64,000 nt of DNA, taken from NCBI GenBank assembly GCA_016934055.1, contig JAFGTR010000136.1:24858-88857 (forward strand), read 5' to 3'. The translations under genes and the position numbers were made by a program. The notes under the pieces are model-generated. The model did not search any database. It was not told the DNA's origin and saw nothing but the letters and a program-made list of their open reading frames with translations. Shown here piece by piece: positions 9,375-19,300 of the stretch. Numbering within the stretch: position 1 is the first letter of the stretch; each line of letters begins with the position of its first letter. Source of the DNA: Bacteroidales bacterium (GTDB taxonomy: Bacteria > Bacteroidota > Bacteroidia > Bacteroidales > UBA10428).

Positions 9375-9956
9375 ATGAACAATAAGAAGGATGTAAAAGG
9401 CTTTCTGGAATTTGTTTATGAATTCTATAAATCAATGAAAGCCCATGAGATTACCTTGATTTATGAAGGTGAAATAACGCATCAGATTACAAAAGCATTT
9501 ACTTCTCTGACAGAATCAAACATGTCAAAAGACGATGAACCAAATTCAGTTCAACGGAAAGTATTTCATGTGATGGTTGAATGCTTGCAAAACATCAGCA
9601 AACATGCCGACGATTTTACATCCAGTGATTACCTGTTTTCGGGCAGAGGCATTTTCCTGGTGAGCAAGGGAGACAATGAATACAGTGTTACAACCGGTAA
9701 TGCTGTAGAAAATGACAAAATTGAATACCTCACTGAACTGCTTGAAAACATCAATAAGATGGAAAAAGATGAGCTGAAAGAATTATACAAAAGACAGATG
9801 AAAGAAGGAAGACTGTCTGAAAAAGGCGGAGCGGGACTGGGCTTTATCGACATTAAAAGAAAAACCGGCAAGGAACTGGAATATCATTTTCTTCCCATTT
9901 CCGACGATACATCTTTCTTTTTACTAACTTCAACGATTTCTAGGTCTGAACTTTAA
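9375..9956 (+). CDS. SiaB-family (GHKL-like) Ser/Thr protein kinase
   Basis: LIYEGEI, VMVECLQNISKH (N-box), TTGN, GGAGLGFIDIKRKTG (G-box); lies between a PP2C gene and a SiaC-like gene. Confidence 0.85.
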   Translation: MNNKKDVKGFLEFVYEFYKSMKAHEITLIYEGEITHQITKAFTSLTESNMSKDDEPNSVQRKVFHVMVECLQNISKHADDFTSSDYLFSGRGIFLVSKGDNEYSVTTGNAVENDKIEYLTELLENINKMEKDELKELYKRQMKEGRLSEKGGAGLGFIDIKRKTGKELEYHFLPISDDTSFFLLTSTISRSEL

Positions 9957-9968
9957 AATGATTAATAT

Positions 9969-10346
9969 ATGGAAACAATCAAAATTCAAGGAACTGAAGA
10001 TACTCCTAAGATAATCCTGGATGCAGAAAATGAAATAATGGAAATTTCAGGACGGTCATTGCCTGAAGACGTTTCTTCATTTTATGAACCTGTGATTAAC
10101 TGGCTGAATGAGTATGCTGAGAATCCAAATAAAAAAACCATTATTAACTTTAAACTCACATATTTTAATACAGCCTCATCCAAACTCTTGCTTGATATCC
10201 TTATGAAACTTGAGGAAATGCATGAAAAAGGCCATGATGTGCTGATCCGCTGGCATTATCCCGAAGATGATGAGGATATGGAAGAAGCCGGAGAAGAATA
10301 TGCCGATATTGTGGATGTTCCTTTTGAACAGGTTGCATATTCGTGA
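9969..10346 (+). CDS. SiaC-family (DUF1987) phospho-acceptor protein
   Basis: TEDTP, ISGRSLPED, FYEPVINWL, LTYFNTASSK (phospho-Thr motif), WHYPEDDEDMEEAGEEY. Confidence 0.9.
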   Translation: METIKIQGTEDTPKIILDAENEIMEISGRSLPEDVSSFYEPVINWLNEYAENPNKKTIINFKLTYFNTASSKLLLDILMKLEEMHEKGHDVLIRWHYPEDDEDMEEAGEEYADIVDVPFEQVAYS

Positions 10347-10394
10347 TTACAGAACATACTGAATTCAACAACCCGTACAATAATTCTCATCTGA

Positions 10395-13300
10395 ATGAGT
10401 GAAGAAGTTCTCAGAGCCTTAATGCAGCTGTTTGCCATCATTGCCAAGCAGGATGAAGGTGTTGAGCAAACGCAGATGGAATATGTGAAGAATTTCCTGC
10501 AGCAACAGCTGAATGATGAAGAGGTCAAGGAATACTTCTCTCTTTTTGAACAATATGCGGGTTTAAGCGACACCAACGAAGAATCTGAAAACGAAGAGGA
10601 TAAAGGAACCCGCAAACTGACTTCCGTAAAGGATTCAGTCCGCATACTCGGGTTATGCAAAAAAATAAACAAAACCCTGACACAACGCCAGAAAGTGGTT
10701 GTTCTTGTGCGTTTATTCGAAATTATCAATGCCGACCGTAAGTTTACAGATCAACGCATGCAAATTGTCAATACGGTGGCTGATGTGTTTAAGGTTACCA
10801 AAGAAGAATTTGCCGTTATTGAGTCCTTTGTCATAAAAAACGAAGCCGAAGAACTTGATGATATCAACTTCCTTATTATTAACGATAAACCTGTTCATCC
10901 CCGTTTTGCAAAAAAAATACACACAAAACAACTGAATGCGAACATTTTTATTTTGCGTATCAATACAGTTGATCTTTACTTCCTGAAATATACCGGGAAT
11001 GAGGATTTGTTTTTAAACGGGCTTCCTGTCAGAAATAATCGCATATATCTGTTTGCAAACGGCGGTACGGTTAAAATGCCAAAAGCTGCTCCGGTATATT
11101 ACAGTGATGTCGCCTCCCATTTTCTTGCCGACACCGTGGCAAGTCAGATATCTTATACAGCAAGAGACCTTGAATTTAAGTTTCCAAACGGCAATATCGG
11201 CATCCGTGATGTCAGCTTTTCTGAAACCCATGGTCGTCTTATCGGCATCATGGGCGCCAGTGGGGCCGGTAAAACCACCCTGCTCAATGTTCTTTGCGGT
11301 ATCGAAAAGCCTTCAAAAGGAGAGGTGATCATAAACGGCTTTGATCTGCATAAAGAGAATGACAGGCTTGAAGGCGTCATCGGTCTGGTTCCCCAGGATG
11401 ATCTGTTGATTGAAGAACTTACTGTTTTTCAGAATCTTTATTTTAATGCCAAACTCTGCTTTAAAGATAAATCAGAAACCGAGCTTACCGAATTAGTGGA
11501 TAAGACCCTCCAGAATCTTGGCCTTTTCGACAGAAAAGATCTGAAAGTGGGTACGCCGTTGAAAAAAACCATCAGCGGTGGTCAAAGGAAAAGACTGAAC
11601 ATTGCCCTTGAGCTGATCCGCGAGCCTTCCATTCTCTTTATTGATGAACCGACTTCAGGATTATCATCAAGAGATTCGGAAAATGTGATGGACTTATTAC
11701 GCGAACTAACCCTTAAAGGAAAGCTTATCTTCGTGGTTATCCATCAGCCTTCGTCAGAAATATACAAGATGTTCGACAAAATGATCATCCTTGATACAGG
11801 TGGTTACCAGATTTATTATGGCAATCCTGTGGAAGCGGTGATGTATTTCAAAAGACTTGATGCACAGATCAACAGCGAAGTTGGCGAATGCCCTACCTGT
11901 GGTAATGTAAACCCTGAATTGATCTTTAACATTATCGAAGCCAAGGTGGTGGATGAATTCGGAAATTACACCGATGCCCGGAAGGTCACACCACAGCAGT
12001 GGGATGAGCATTACCATCACCTTATACGGTATAAAGAAGTCCCGACTGTTGAGACCTCACCGCCCAAAAACCTGCGCATACCTTCCTGGTTCAGCCAGGT
12101 GTGGATCTATTTTGTCCGTGACTTCCTCTCCAAGATCAGTAATCGTCAATATATTGCACTGAGCATGCTGGAGGCCCCCATTTTAGGCTTTATGCTCTCT
12201 TATATTATACGGTATTTCGAAGATCCTAATTCCAGCATCTATATATTCAGGGTCAATGAGAATATTCCCATTTTTATTTTCATGTCCCTGATCGTCGCTC
12301 TTTTCCTGGGATTGACAGTTAGCGCCGAAGAGATATTCAAGGACAGAAAAATATTAAAGCGGGAAGGCTTTCTTAATCTGAGCCGTTCCAGTTATCTGGT
12401 TTCAAAAGTTGCAATCCTGTTCCTCATTTCCGCTATCCAGTCTTTTCTTTTTGTGATCATTGCCAATACAATCCTTGGTGTTAAAGACATGTATTTCGTA
12501 TACTGGCTGGCGCTTTTCTCCACAGCTGCTTTTGCCAATATTCTGGGACTGAATATCTCTGCCACATTTAATTCGGCTGTGACCATTTATATCCTTATTC
12601 CACTGGTTATGATACCTATGATGATCCTGAGCGGTGCCATGTTCAGTTTTGATAAACTTAACCGCACCATAAGCCGCATCGACAAGGTACCGATAATCGC
12701 AGAGTTTATGGTGACCAAATGGACTTATGAGGCCCTTATGGTACATCAGTTTAAAGATAACCAGTTCATGTCATATGACAAATCCCGCATTAAACTTTAC
12801 GACCTTGAAAAGGTTGAAAGCCAATCCGATTTTAAAAAAGTCTACTGGCTTCCTGAATTAACCGAAAGACTCGAGCGAGTAACCCGCGAGCTTGATAATA
12901 TTGAAATGGTAAGCGTAACCGCCGATGACCTGACGCTTATTGCCAATGAAATTGAAGCGGAATGCAAGATCAACAAGGATATTGCTCCATTCACAGAGAT
13001 GAACATGTTATCACCGGAAAAATTCGACAAGACCACGGCACAAAAAGTCCATGAATTCTTTGAAACCCTTGATAATTATTATGGAGAAAAATTTCAACTG
13101 GTCAGTCATCAGAAAGAAAACTATATTAATTTCTGGATGGAGAACAATCCTGACGGCTATACATTGCTGCGTGACAACTATCATAATGAAGGGGTTTCTG
13201 ATATTGTAAGGAAAGTCTATGAAAAAAACAAAATACTTGAATTTAATCAGCAATTGGTTCAGCATTATGATCCTATTTATCAGGATCCGATACCGGCAAG

Positions 13301-13487
13301 CCCGGTAAGTATCCGCACCCATTTCTATTCACCGGCGAAGCCATTTCTTGGTAAAACATTTGATACTTACTGGTTCAACATAACAATAGTATGGATTCTG
13401 ACACTGCTGTTCTATGTTATTCTTTACTTTGACGGATTAAAAAAATTATTAACCTTTACAGAGCGTTTTAAAAAGAAAAATAAATAG
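10395..13487 (+). CDS. ABCG-type (NBD-then-TMD) ABC exporter with TerB-like N-terminal domain
   Basis: Walker A GASGAGKTT, PQDD Q-loop, ISGGQRKR signature, FIDEPTSGL, VVIHQPS; about 6 TM segments C-terminal; helical N-terminus LMQLFAIIA..IINADRKFTDQ. Confidence 0.88.
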   Translation: MSEEVLRALMQLFAIIAKQDEGVEQTQMEYVKNFLQQQLNDEEVKEYFSLFEQYAGLSDTNEESENEEDKGTRKLTSVKDSVRILGLCKKINKTLTQRQKVVVLVRLFEIINADRKFTDQRMQIVNTVADVFKVTKEEFAVIESFVIKNEAEELDDINFLIINDKPVHPRFAKKIHTKQLNANIFILRINTVDLYFLKYTGNEDLFLNGLPVRNNRIYLFANGGTVKMPKAAPVYYSDVASHFLADTVASQISYTARDLEFKFPNGNIGIRDVSFSETHGRLIGIMGASGAGKTTLLNVLCGIEKPSKGEVIINGFDLHKENDRLEGVIGLVPQDDLLIEELTVFQNLYFNAKLCFKDKSETELTELVDKTLQNLGLFDRKDLKVGTPLKKTISGGQRKRLNIALELIREPSILFIDEPTSGLSSRDSENVMDLLRELTLKGKLIFVVIHQPSSEIYKMFDKMIILDTGGYQIYYGNPVEAVMYFKRLDAQINSEVGECPTCGNVNPELIFNIIEAKVVDEFGNYTDARKVTPQQWDEHYHHLIRYKEVPTVETSPPKNLRIPSWFSQVWIYFVRDFLSKISNRQYIALSMLEAPILGFMLSYIIRYFEDPNSSIYIFRVNENIPIFIFMSLIVALFLGLTVSAEEIFKDRKILKREGFLNLSRSSYLVSKVAILFLISAIQSFLFVIIANTILGVKDMYFVYWLALFSTAAFANILGLNISATFNSAVTIYILIPLVMIPMMILSGAMFSFDKLNRTISRIDKVPIIAEFMVTKWTYEALMVHQFKDNQFMSYDKSRIKLYDLEKVESQSDFKKVYWLPELTERLERVTRELDNIEMVSVTADDLTLIANEIEAECKINKDIAPFTEMNMLSPEKFDKTTAQKVHEFFETLDNYYGEKFQLVSHQKENYINFWMENNPDGYTLLRDNYHNEGVSDIVRKVYEKNKILEFNQQLVQHYDPIYQDPIPASPVSIRTHFYSPAKPFLGKTFDTYWFNITIVWILTLLFYVILYFDGLKKLLTFTERFKKKNK

Positions 13488-13527
13488 TTAAATACTTACA
13501 GATTTTTTATAATTTTATTCTGATCGT

Positions 13528-13535
13528 TAACTTTG
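13528..13535 (+). promoter_or_regulatory. Bacteroidota -7 promoter box TAACTTTG
   Basis: Exact TAnnTTTG, ending 25 nt upstream of ATG 13561. Confidence 0.6.
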
Positions 13536-13560
13536 TGTAAATATTCAAATTGTAAGAATT

Positions 13561-14463
13561 ATGATTAAAAGGCTGGTCTATTTTTTGTTAGCTGTATTGA
13601 TAATCAGTTCATGTAAATCAGGGGGTGATCGTACTGCTGACTCCGATTTTGAGATTCCTGATTCCGTCTTAACCGAGGGATTGGAGATCTCTGAAGAGAC
13701 AATGCAAAATGTTGTGCAGAATATTTCTTCCCCTGTTGAAATGGCTGCTTTAATCAAAGAGCTTGGTGTTCCATACTCCAATAAATATTTATCATCTACT
13801 GCCAGGGTCGGTAAACTGTCGACCAATTTTCAGCAATCGCTGAATCTTGGTATATATGGTGCCGATCTGGGCTATCTAAACATGTATAACAAAACATCAG
13901 CTGTGATTGATTATATATCAGCCATAAAAACCCTGGCTGATGATATCAAAGTCGGGCAGTTTTTTGATTTTACCACATTAAAACGTTTGGCAACCAATAA
14001 TCAGAATCTTGATTCACTGATGTATATTTCCGTGCACAGTTTTAATCAGATGGATAAATACCTCCATTCCAACAAACGAAGCAACCTGAGTGCACTTATC
14101 ATAACCGGTGTATGGATCGAAGGGCTATATCTGGGGACACAGGTCGCTAAAGAAGCTCCTAACGACCAGCTGGCTGAAAGAATTGGCGAACAAAAAATTA
14201 CGTTGAATGAACTGATTCTTATACTTGAAAATTTTAAGAATGACAAACAATACGCTAAGCTGATCCGTGAACTTTTGCTTATCAAGGAACAATACAAGGA
14301 TGTTGTCATTAGAATTGAAAAAGGAGAACCTCAGATGATCGAAGAAGATGGCATGCTGACCATTGTTCAGAACGATAAAAGTATTATTGAGATCAGTCCC
14401 GAACAATTAAATGGCATTATTATCACAACCGAAAAAGTCCGTAACAGGTTAATCAGCTTATAG
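13561..14463 (+). CDS. Hypothetical lipoprotein
   Basis: Signal peptide with lipobox LIISSC; helical body containing LNLGIYGADLGY and ITGVWIEGLY. Confidence 0.8.
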   Translation: MIKRLVYFLLAVLIISSCKSGGDRTADSDFEIPDSVLTEGLEISEETMQNVVQNISSPVEMAALIKELGVPYSNKYLSSTARVGKLSTNFQQSLNLGIYGADLGYLNMYNKTSAVIDYISAIKTLADDIKVGQFFDFTTLKRLATNNQNLDSLMYISVHSFNQMDKYLHSNKRSNLSALIITGVWIEGLYLGTQVAKEAPNDQLAERIGEQKITLNELILILENFKNDKQYAKLIRELLLIKEQYKDVVIRIEKGEPQMIEEDGMLTIVQNDKSIIEISPEQLNGIIITTEKVRNRLISL

Positions 14464-14465
14464 GT

Positions 14466-14906
14466 ATGAAAAACATAAAGTTCATCATTTTATTTCTTGT
14501 CTTGTCCTGTGCCTTTTCACTTCGTGCCCAGGATATTTCACAACTAACAGCACAATGTGCCGCCAATGCCGGCGACGTAATGTATCTTAAAGATTTTGTC
14601 GTAAAACTTGATGCCGGAACTCCCGGTGGAGCACCGCCTACTGCAAGATTTGCCTTACTGTTGAGCAAAAGTGTCGTATACAGATTCTCAATCTGCACGG
14701 CACCAAATTCTGAAGGGGAAGCTGTTTTACAACTTTTCGATATGAACACCCTGTTGGGAAGTACATTTATTACCGCTACAGGTAAAGATTTCCCGTTTTT
14801 TGATTTCAAATGTCAGAAAACAGGCGTATACCATGTGTTCATTTCATTCAAAGAAGGCAAAGCAGGTGAAGGTGTTGGTGTCCTTTCGTATGTGAAAAAA
14901 CTCTGA
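14466..14906 (+). CDS. Exported hypothetical protein (Cys-containing, beta-rich)
   Basis: Signal peptide ending SLRAQ; 2 bp after the previous gene. Confidence 0.78.
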   Translation: MKNIKFIILFLVLSCAFSLRAQDISQLTAQCAANAGDVMYLKDFVVKLDAGTPGGAPPTARFALLLSKSVVYRFSICTAPNSEGEAVLQLFDMNTLLGSTFITATGKDFPFFDFKCQKTGVYHVFISFKEGKAGEGVGVLSYVKKL

Positions 14907-15926
14907 TTAAAAAGAATAAGTCCCGGGAACAATATTAAACCATTCATCAACTGCAACAAGTATTATTCCTGCTATCATGATAAACAACAGCAGGTTATTG
15001 AAACGATTGTTTTTGCATGATGAAAAATAATAACTCAGCAGATAGGCCAGGGAAATGCCCCCGATGTATATTGTGACCTGAGCAGCCGATGCGTTGATAA
15101 TCATTGTTATTAAGCTTAATACAAACAGCCAGAAGAAAAAAATGAAAAACACCCTTGATTGGATATTTTGCATACCGATTGTACGAATCATGTGAAAGCT
15201 TCCGATGACGACCAGCAATGCAAGATATCCATAATAGGCAAGCTGAACAGCTGAAAAATCATATGCCCTGCCTGACGATACAAAAGCGTTTCTTAATTCC
15301 TCCCCGATAAGGTTGAGCGGCTGATCCGTTAAAAACAGGTAAGAACCCCAAAACAGAGCAGGAAGAAAAAAGCCTATCCATGGGTAAAACCATTCCTGCC
15401 AGACTGTATTACGAAACAAAAACAAGGCAATCAAAAGAACCGGAAAGAAAAATACGGCAGGATAATAAATCAACACCGCAATCGATAAAAAAATACCCGC
15501 ATCAAGAAAATGATAGGTGAGTTTATCTTTTTTAAAAGATTGAAATATCCTGGCTATCATTATGATCACAAATAACGTGGCCATCATGGCCGGTGACAGA
15601 TACCGCAGCCAAAACAACCCGCCGGCTATGACAATATAAAAAAACTGCGGCATTTGTGATCTGGTTTGCAGGAACAACAAGCTGCCGTTGATTTGCACCA
15701 GAAAATAGCCATATAATAATATAATCCCGCAGGCCAGGACTGAAGAAATTACAGGCTTTGCTGATACGCTGAACGCCAGTAATCTGCCCAGGGGCCCGGC
15801 CATAGACAAATCAGAAGAAAAGGATACCGGAGAATTAAAAAAGGTATACAGCCATAACAATAAAGCAATGGCCGGCATAAGCATGAGCAAACCTGCCTTA
15901 TTGCTGTTGAAGGTTCTGATTAACAT
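14907..15926 (-). CDS. Polytopic membrane protein (DUF6427-like Bacteroidota family)
   Basis: About 10 hydrophobic segments; position downstream of trxA. Confidence 0.75.
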   Translation of the reverse strand: MLIRTFNSNKAGLLMLMPAIALLLWLYTFFNSPVSFSSDLSMAGPLGRLLAFSVSAKPVISSVLACGIILLYGYFLVQINGSLLFLQTRSQMPQFFYIVIAGGLFWLRYLSPAMMATLFVIIMIARIFQSFKKDKLTYHFLDAGIFLSIAVLIYYPAVFFFPVLLIALFLFRNTVWQEWFYPWIGFFLPALFWGSYLFLTDQPLNLIGEELRNAFVSSGRAYDFSAVQLAYYGYLALLVVIGSFHMIRTIGMQNIQSRVFFIFFFWLFVLSLITMIINASAAQVTIYIGGISLAYLLSYYFSSCKNNRFNNLLLFIMIAGIILVAVDEWFNIVPGTYSF

Positions 15927-15964
15927 AGCAGCGAAAAATGAGCAGGCACTGATTATAAAAGTGC

Positions 15965-16282
15965 TTATAACAATTTTTCAAGTTTGTTGATAAAATTTGC
16001 TTTGGGAACCGCTCCTACCTGTTTGTCAGCTACAACACCATCTTTAAAAAACAAAACAGTTGGAATATTGCGTATACCAAACCTTGCAGCAATACCCGGA
16101 TTGCTATCAACATCCACCTTCCCGACAATAGCCTTATCTTTATATTCTTCAGCTATCTCACTAACAATAGGGCCAATAATCCGACAGGGACCGCACCACT
16201 CTGCCCAAAAATCAATTATGACCGGCTTATCAGCTTTCATAACAACATCTTCAAAATTTGCTTCGTTTATTTCCAGTGCCAT
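15965..16282 (-). CDS. trxA: Thioredoxin
   Basis: DFWAEWCGPC active site, GIRNIPT. Confidence 0.97.
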   Translation of the reverse strand: MALEINEANFEDVVMKADKPVIIDFWAEWCGPCRIIGPIVSEIAEEYKDKAIVGKVDVDSNPGIAARFGIRNIPTVLFFKDGVVADKQVGAVPKANFINKLEKLL

Positions 16283-16335
16283 TGTATAATTTATAAGTTA
16301 ATATTCAATTAGTTACGACAATTCATCATGCCCAG

Positions 16336-16343
16336 CAAAGGTA
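16336..16343 (-). promoter_or_regulatory. -7 promoter box TACCTTTG for trxA
   Basis: Reverse complement of CAAAGGTA matches TAnnTTTG. Confidence 0.55.
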
Positions 16344-16373
16344 TAAAATCAAATTTTCACAAACAAAATATAT

Positions 16374-19300
16374 TTAACACAGCTTAAATTCAATCTCCGG
16401 ATTTTGAAATAAAAAATCAACAAACTCATCTGACAATTCAATATGTTTTGAACGGGAAAACAGATCAACGGCAATGTTCTCGGTAACATCAACCAGCGTG
16501 ACTTTCAGGTTGATATTACCTTTCCTGCCCTCAGTAAAAGATTTCAACTTATCAAGGAGGTTCTCTGAAAGCTCATCGAGAGGCAGCCGTAACTGAATAT
16601 TTTTAATAAGTTCATCGCGTGCATTGCTCAACAAACAAATACTTTTTACCCGAAATTCCGGTTCCGGAGTACTCTTCCATGTGTTTTCCTGCACAGATCC
16701 TTTAATCAGCAATGAATATCCCTCATAAAGGTAATTCCTGAAATTTTCATAATCTTTTCCAAAAAATGTAAATGTATAAGTATCAGTATAGTCTTCCAAT
16801 GTAAATCCGCCATATGGCTTGCCGTTTTTGGCAATGGCATTCTTTACACTGGTTACTATTCCTGCTATTGTCAGATCCCTGCCTTTCTGGGATGATAAAT
16901 CACGCAATTCAGAGAGTGTGGCATTACAAAAATGATTCAGTTCAATCCTGTAGTTATCGAGCGGATGAGCAGACAGGTAAATACCAATTAATTCCTTTTC
17001 CTTGCTCAGTTTCACAAGTGCAGGCCATTCTTCTTCCTGTGATGGTTTTGGCTTGACCACCTGAACAGCTGACATATCACCAAACAATGTTTGGGTGACA
17101 TTTCCCTGGCTTTGCATCAGGTTACCGTAACGAATAAGCTGTTCGATAAAACTCATTCCGTTTTCATCCCTGGCAAAGAACTCATAGCGGGCCGGCTCAC
17201 CAAAACTATCAAAGCCGCCTGCCTGCGCCAGCGCCTCCAGACACCTTTTGTTCACAATGGTAAGGTTTACGCGTTCAACCACGTCATAGATGCTTTTATA
17301 TGGACCCGATTTCCGGCGCACTTCAAGGATGTGCTCCACAGCTGATTCTCCAACACCCTTTATGGCAGCCAGCCCAAACCTGATCTGACCGCTTGTGTTA
17401 ACAGTAAAATTTGAAAAGCTTTCGTTGATATCCGGCACCAGGACGGTAAGACCCATACGCCGGCATTCATCCATGAAAAAGGTAATCTTTTTTATATCAT
17501 TAAGATTACGGCTCAGAACGGCAGCCATAAATTCAGCCGGATAATGTGCTTTCAGATAAGCAGTCTGATAAGATATGTAAGCATAACAGGTTGAATGTGA
17601 TTTATTAAAAGCATAATGTGCAAAAGACTCCCAGTCCTTCCATATCTTTTCCACTACTTCCGGATCATGACCCCGCTGTGTGCATCCTTCCTGGAATTTA
17701 ACCTTAAGCTGATCCATCATTGAAACAATTTTCTTACCCATCGCTTTTCGCAAGGAGTCAGCCATCCCTTTTGAGAAACCGGCCAGCAATTGGGAAAGAA
17801 GCATGACCTGTTCCTGGTAAACCGTGATACCATAGGTATCCTTCAAATAAACCTCCATCAATGAAATGTCATATTCGATTTTCTCACGGCCATGTTTGCG
17901 GTTTACATAACTGGGTATATAATCCATAGGGCCCGGCCTGTATAAGGCATTCATGGCGATCAGATCTTCAAAACGGTTAGGCTTTAGTATTTTCAGGTAT
18001 TTCTTCATGCCATCTGACTCAAACTGAAAGAGCCCGGTCGTATCGCCACGGCTGTAGAGTTCATATGTTAAGGAGTCATCCAGGGGAATGGCATTGATAT
18101 CAACATCGATATTTCGCGATATTTTAACATTCAGTATTGTATCTTTAATAATAGATAATGTCTTCAGACCCAGAAAATCCATTTTAAGCATGCCAACAGA
18201 TTCAATATGAGAACCGTCAAATTGCGTAACATTTAACTCGGCATCTTTATTCCGGCATATCGGAATATATTCTTCCAGATCGTCTTTACCGATGATGATA
18301 CCACAGGCATGAACCCCCGTTTGCCTCACAGAACCCTCCAGAACTTCAGCATATTTTAATGTACTTGTAACCTGTTCATTTCCGCTTTCACGTTCCTGTA
18401 AAAGCATTGGTGCCTTTTCATAAGCATCCCTGAATGAAATGCCGGGAACCTCAGGAACCAGTTTGGCCAGCCTGTCGGCTTCCTGCAACGGCAGCTTCTG
18501 TACACGGGCCACATCGCGGATAGCCATTTTCGGTGCCATGGTGCCAAAAGTAATAATATGGGCAACCCTCTTTTCGCCATATTTTTTAACAACATATTGC
18601 AATACTTTTTCCCGGCCGTCTTCATCAAAATCTATATCGATATCGGGCATTGATATCCGGTCAGGATTAAGAAAACGCTCGAAAAGAAGATCGTATTTTA
18701 TAGGATCAATATCTGTAATCCTTAAACAATAAGCCACAACTGAACCGGCAGCAGAACCCCTTCCCGGTCCCACTGACACATTCATTTCACGTGCTGCCCT
18801 TATCACATCCCAAACAATAAGAAAATATCCGGGAAAACCCATTTTTCTGATTGTATCAAGTTCAAATTCAATACGTTCTTTGACCTTTTCATCAAGTACG
18901 GTATAACGCTGGGCAGCACCTTCATATGTCAGATGCCTCAGGTATTCGTTGCTGTCAGCAAAACCCTCAGGAATTTGAAAATCAGGCATAATGGGGTCAC
19001 TGTTAAGCTCATAAGTCTCAACTTTATCAACAATTTCATTTGTATTGATAATGGCTTCCGGAATATCAGCAAACAAGGCCTTCATCTCCTGCTGTGTCTT
19101 CATCCATTCCTGATGTGTATACCTGAGCCTGTCGGGATCATCAATATCCTTTCCGGTACTGATACACAACAAACGGTCATGGGCATCAGCATCTTCTTCA
19201 TTGATGAAATGAACATCATTGGTAGCCACCACCTTCGTGCCGGTTTCCTTCGCAAGCTTCAGCAACCGGGTATTGACAAAAACCTGATCCTCATATACTT

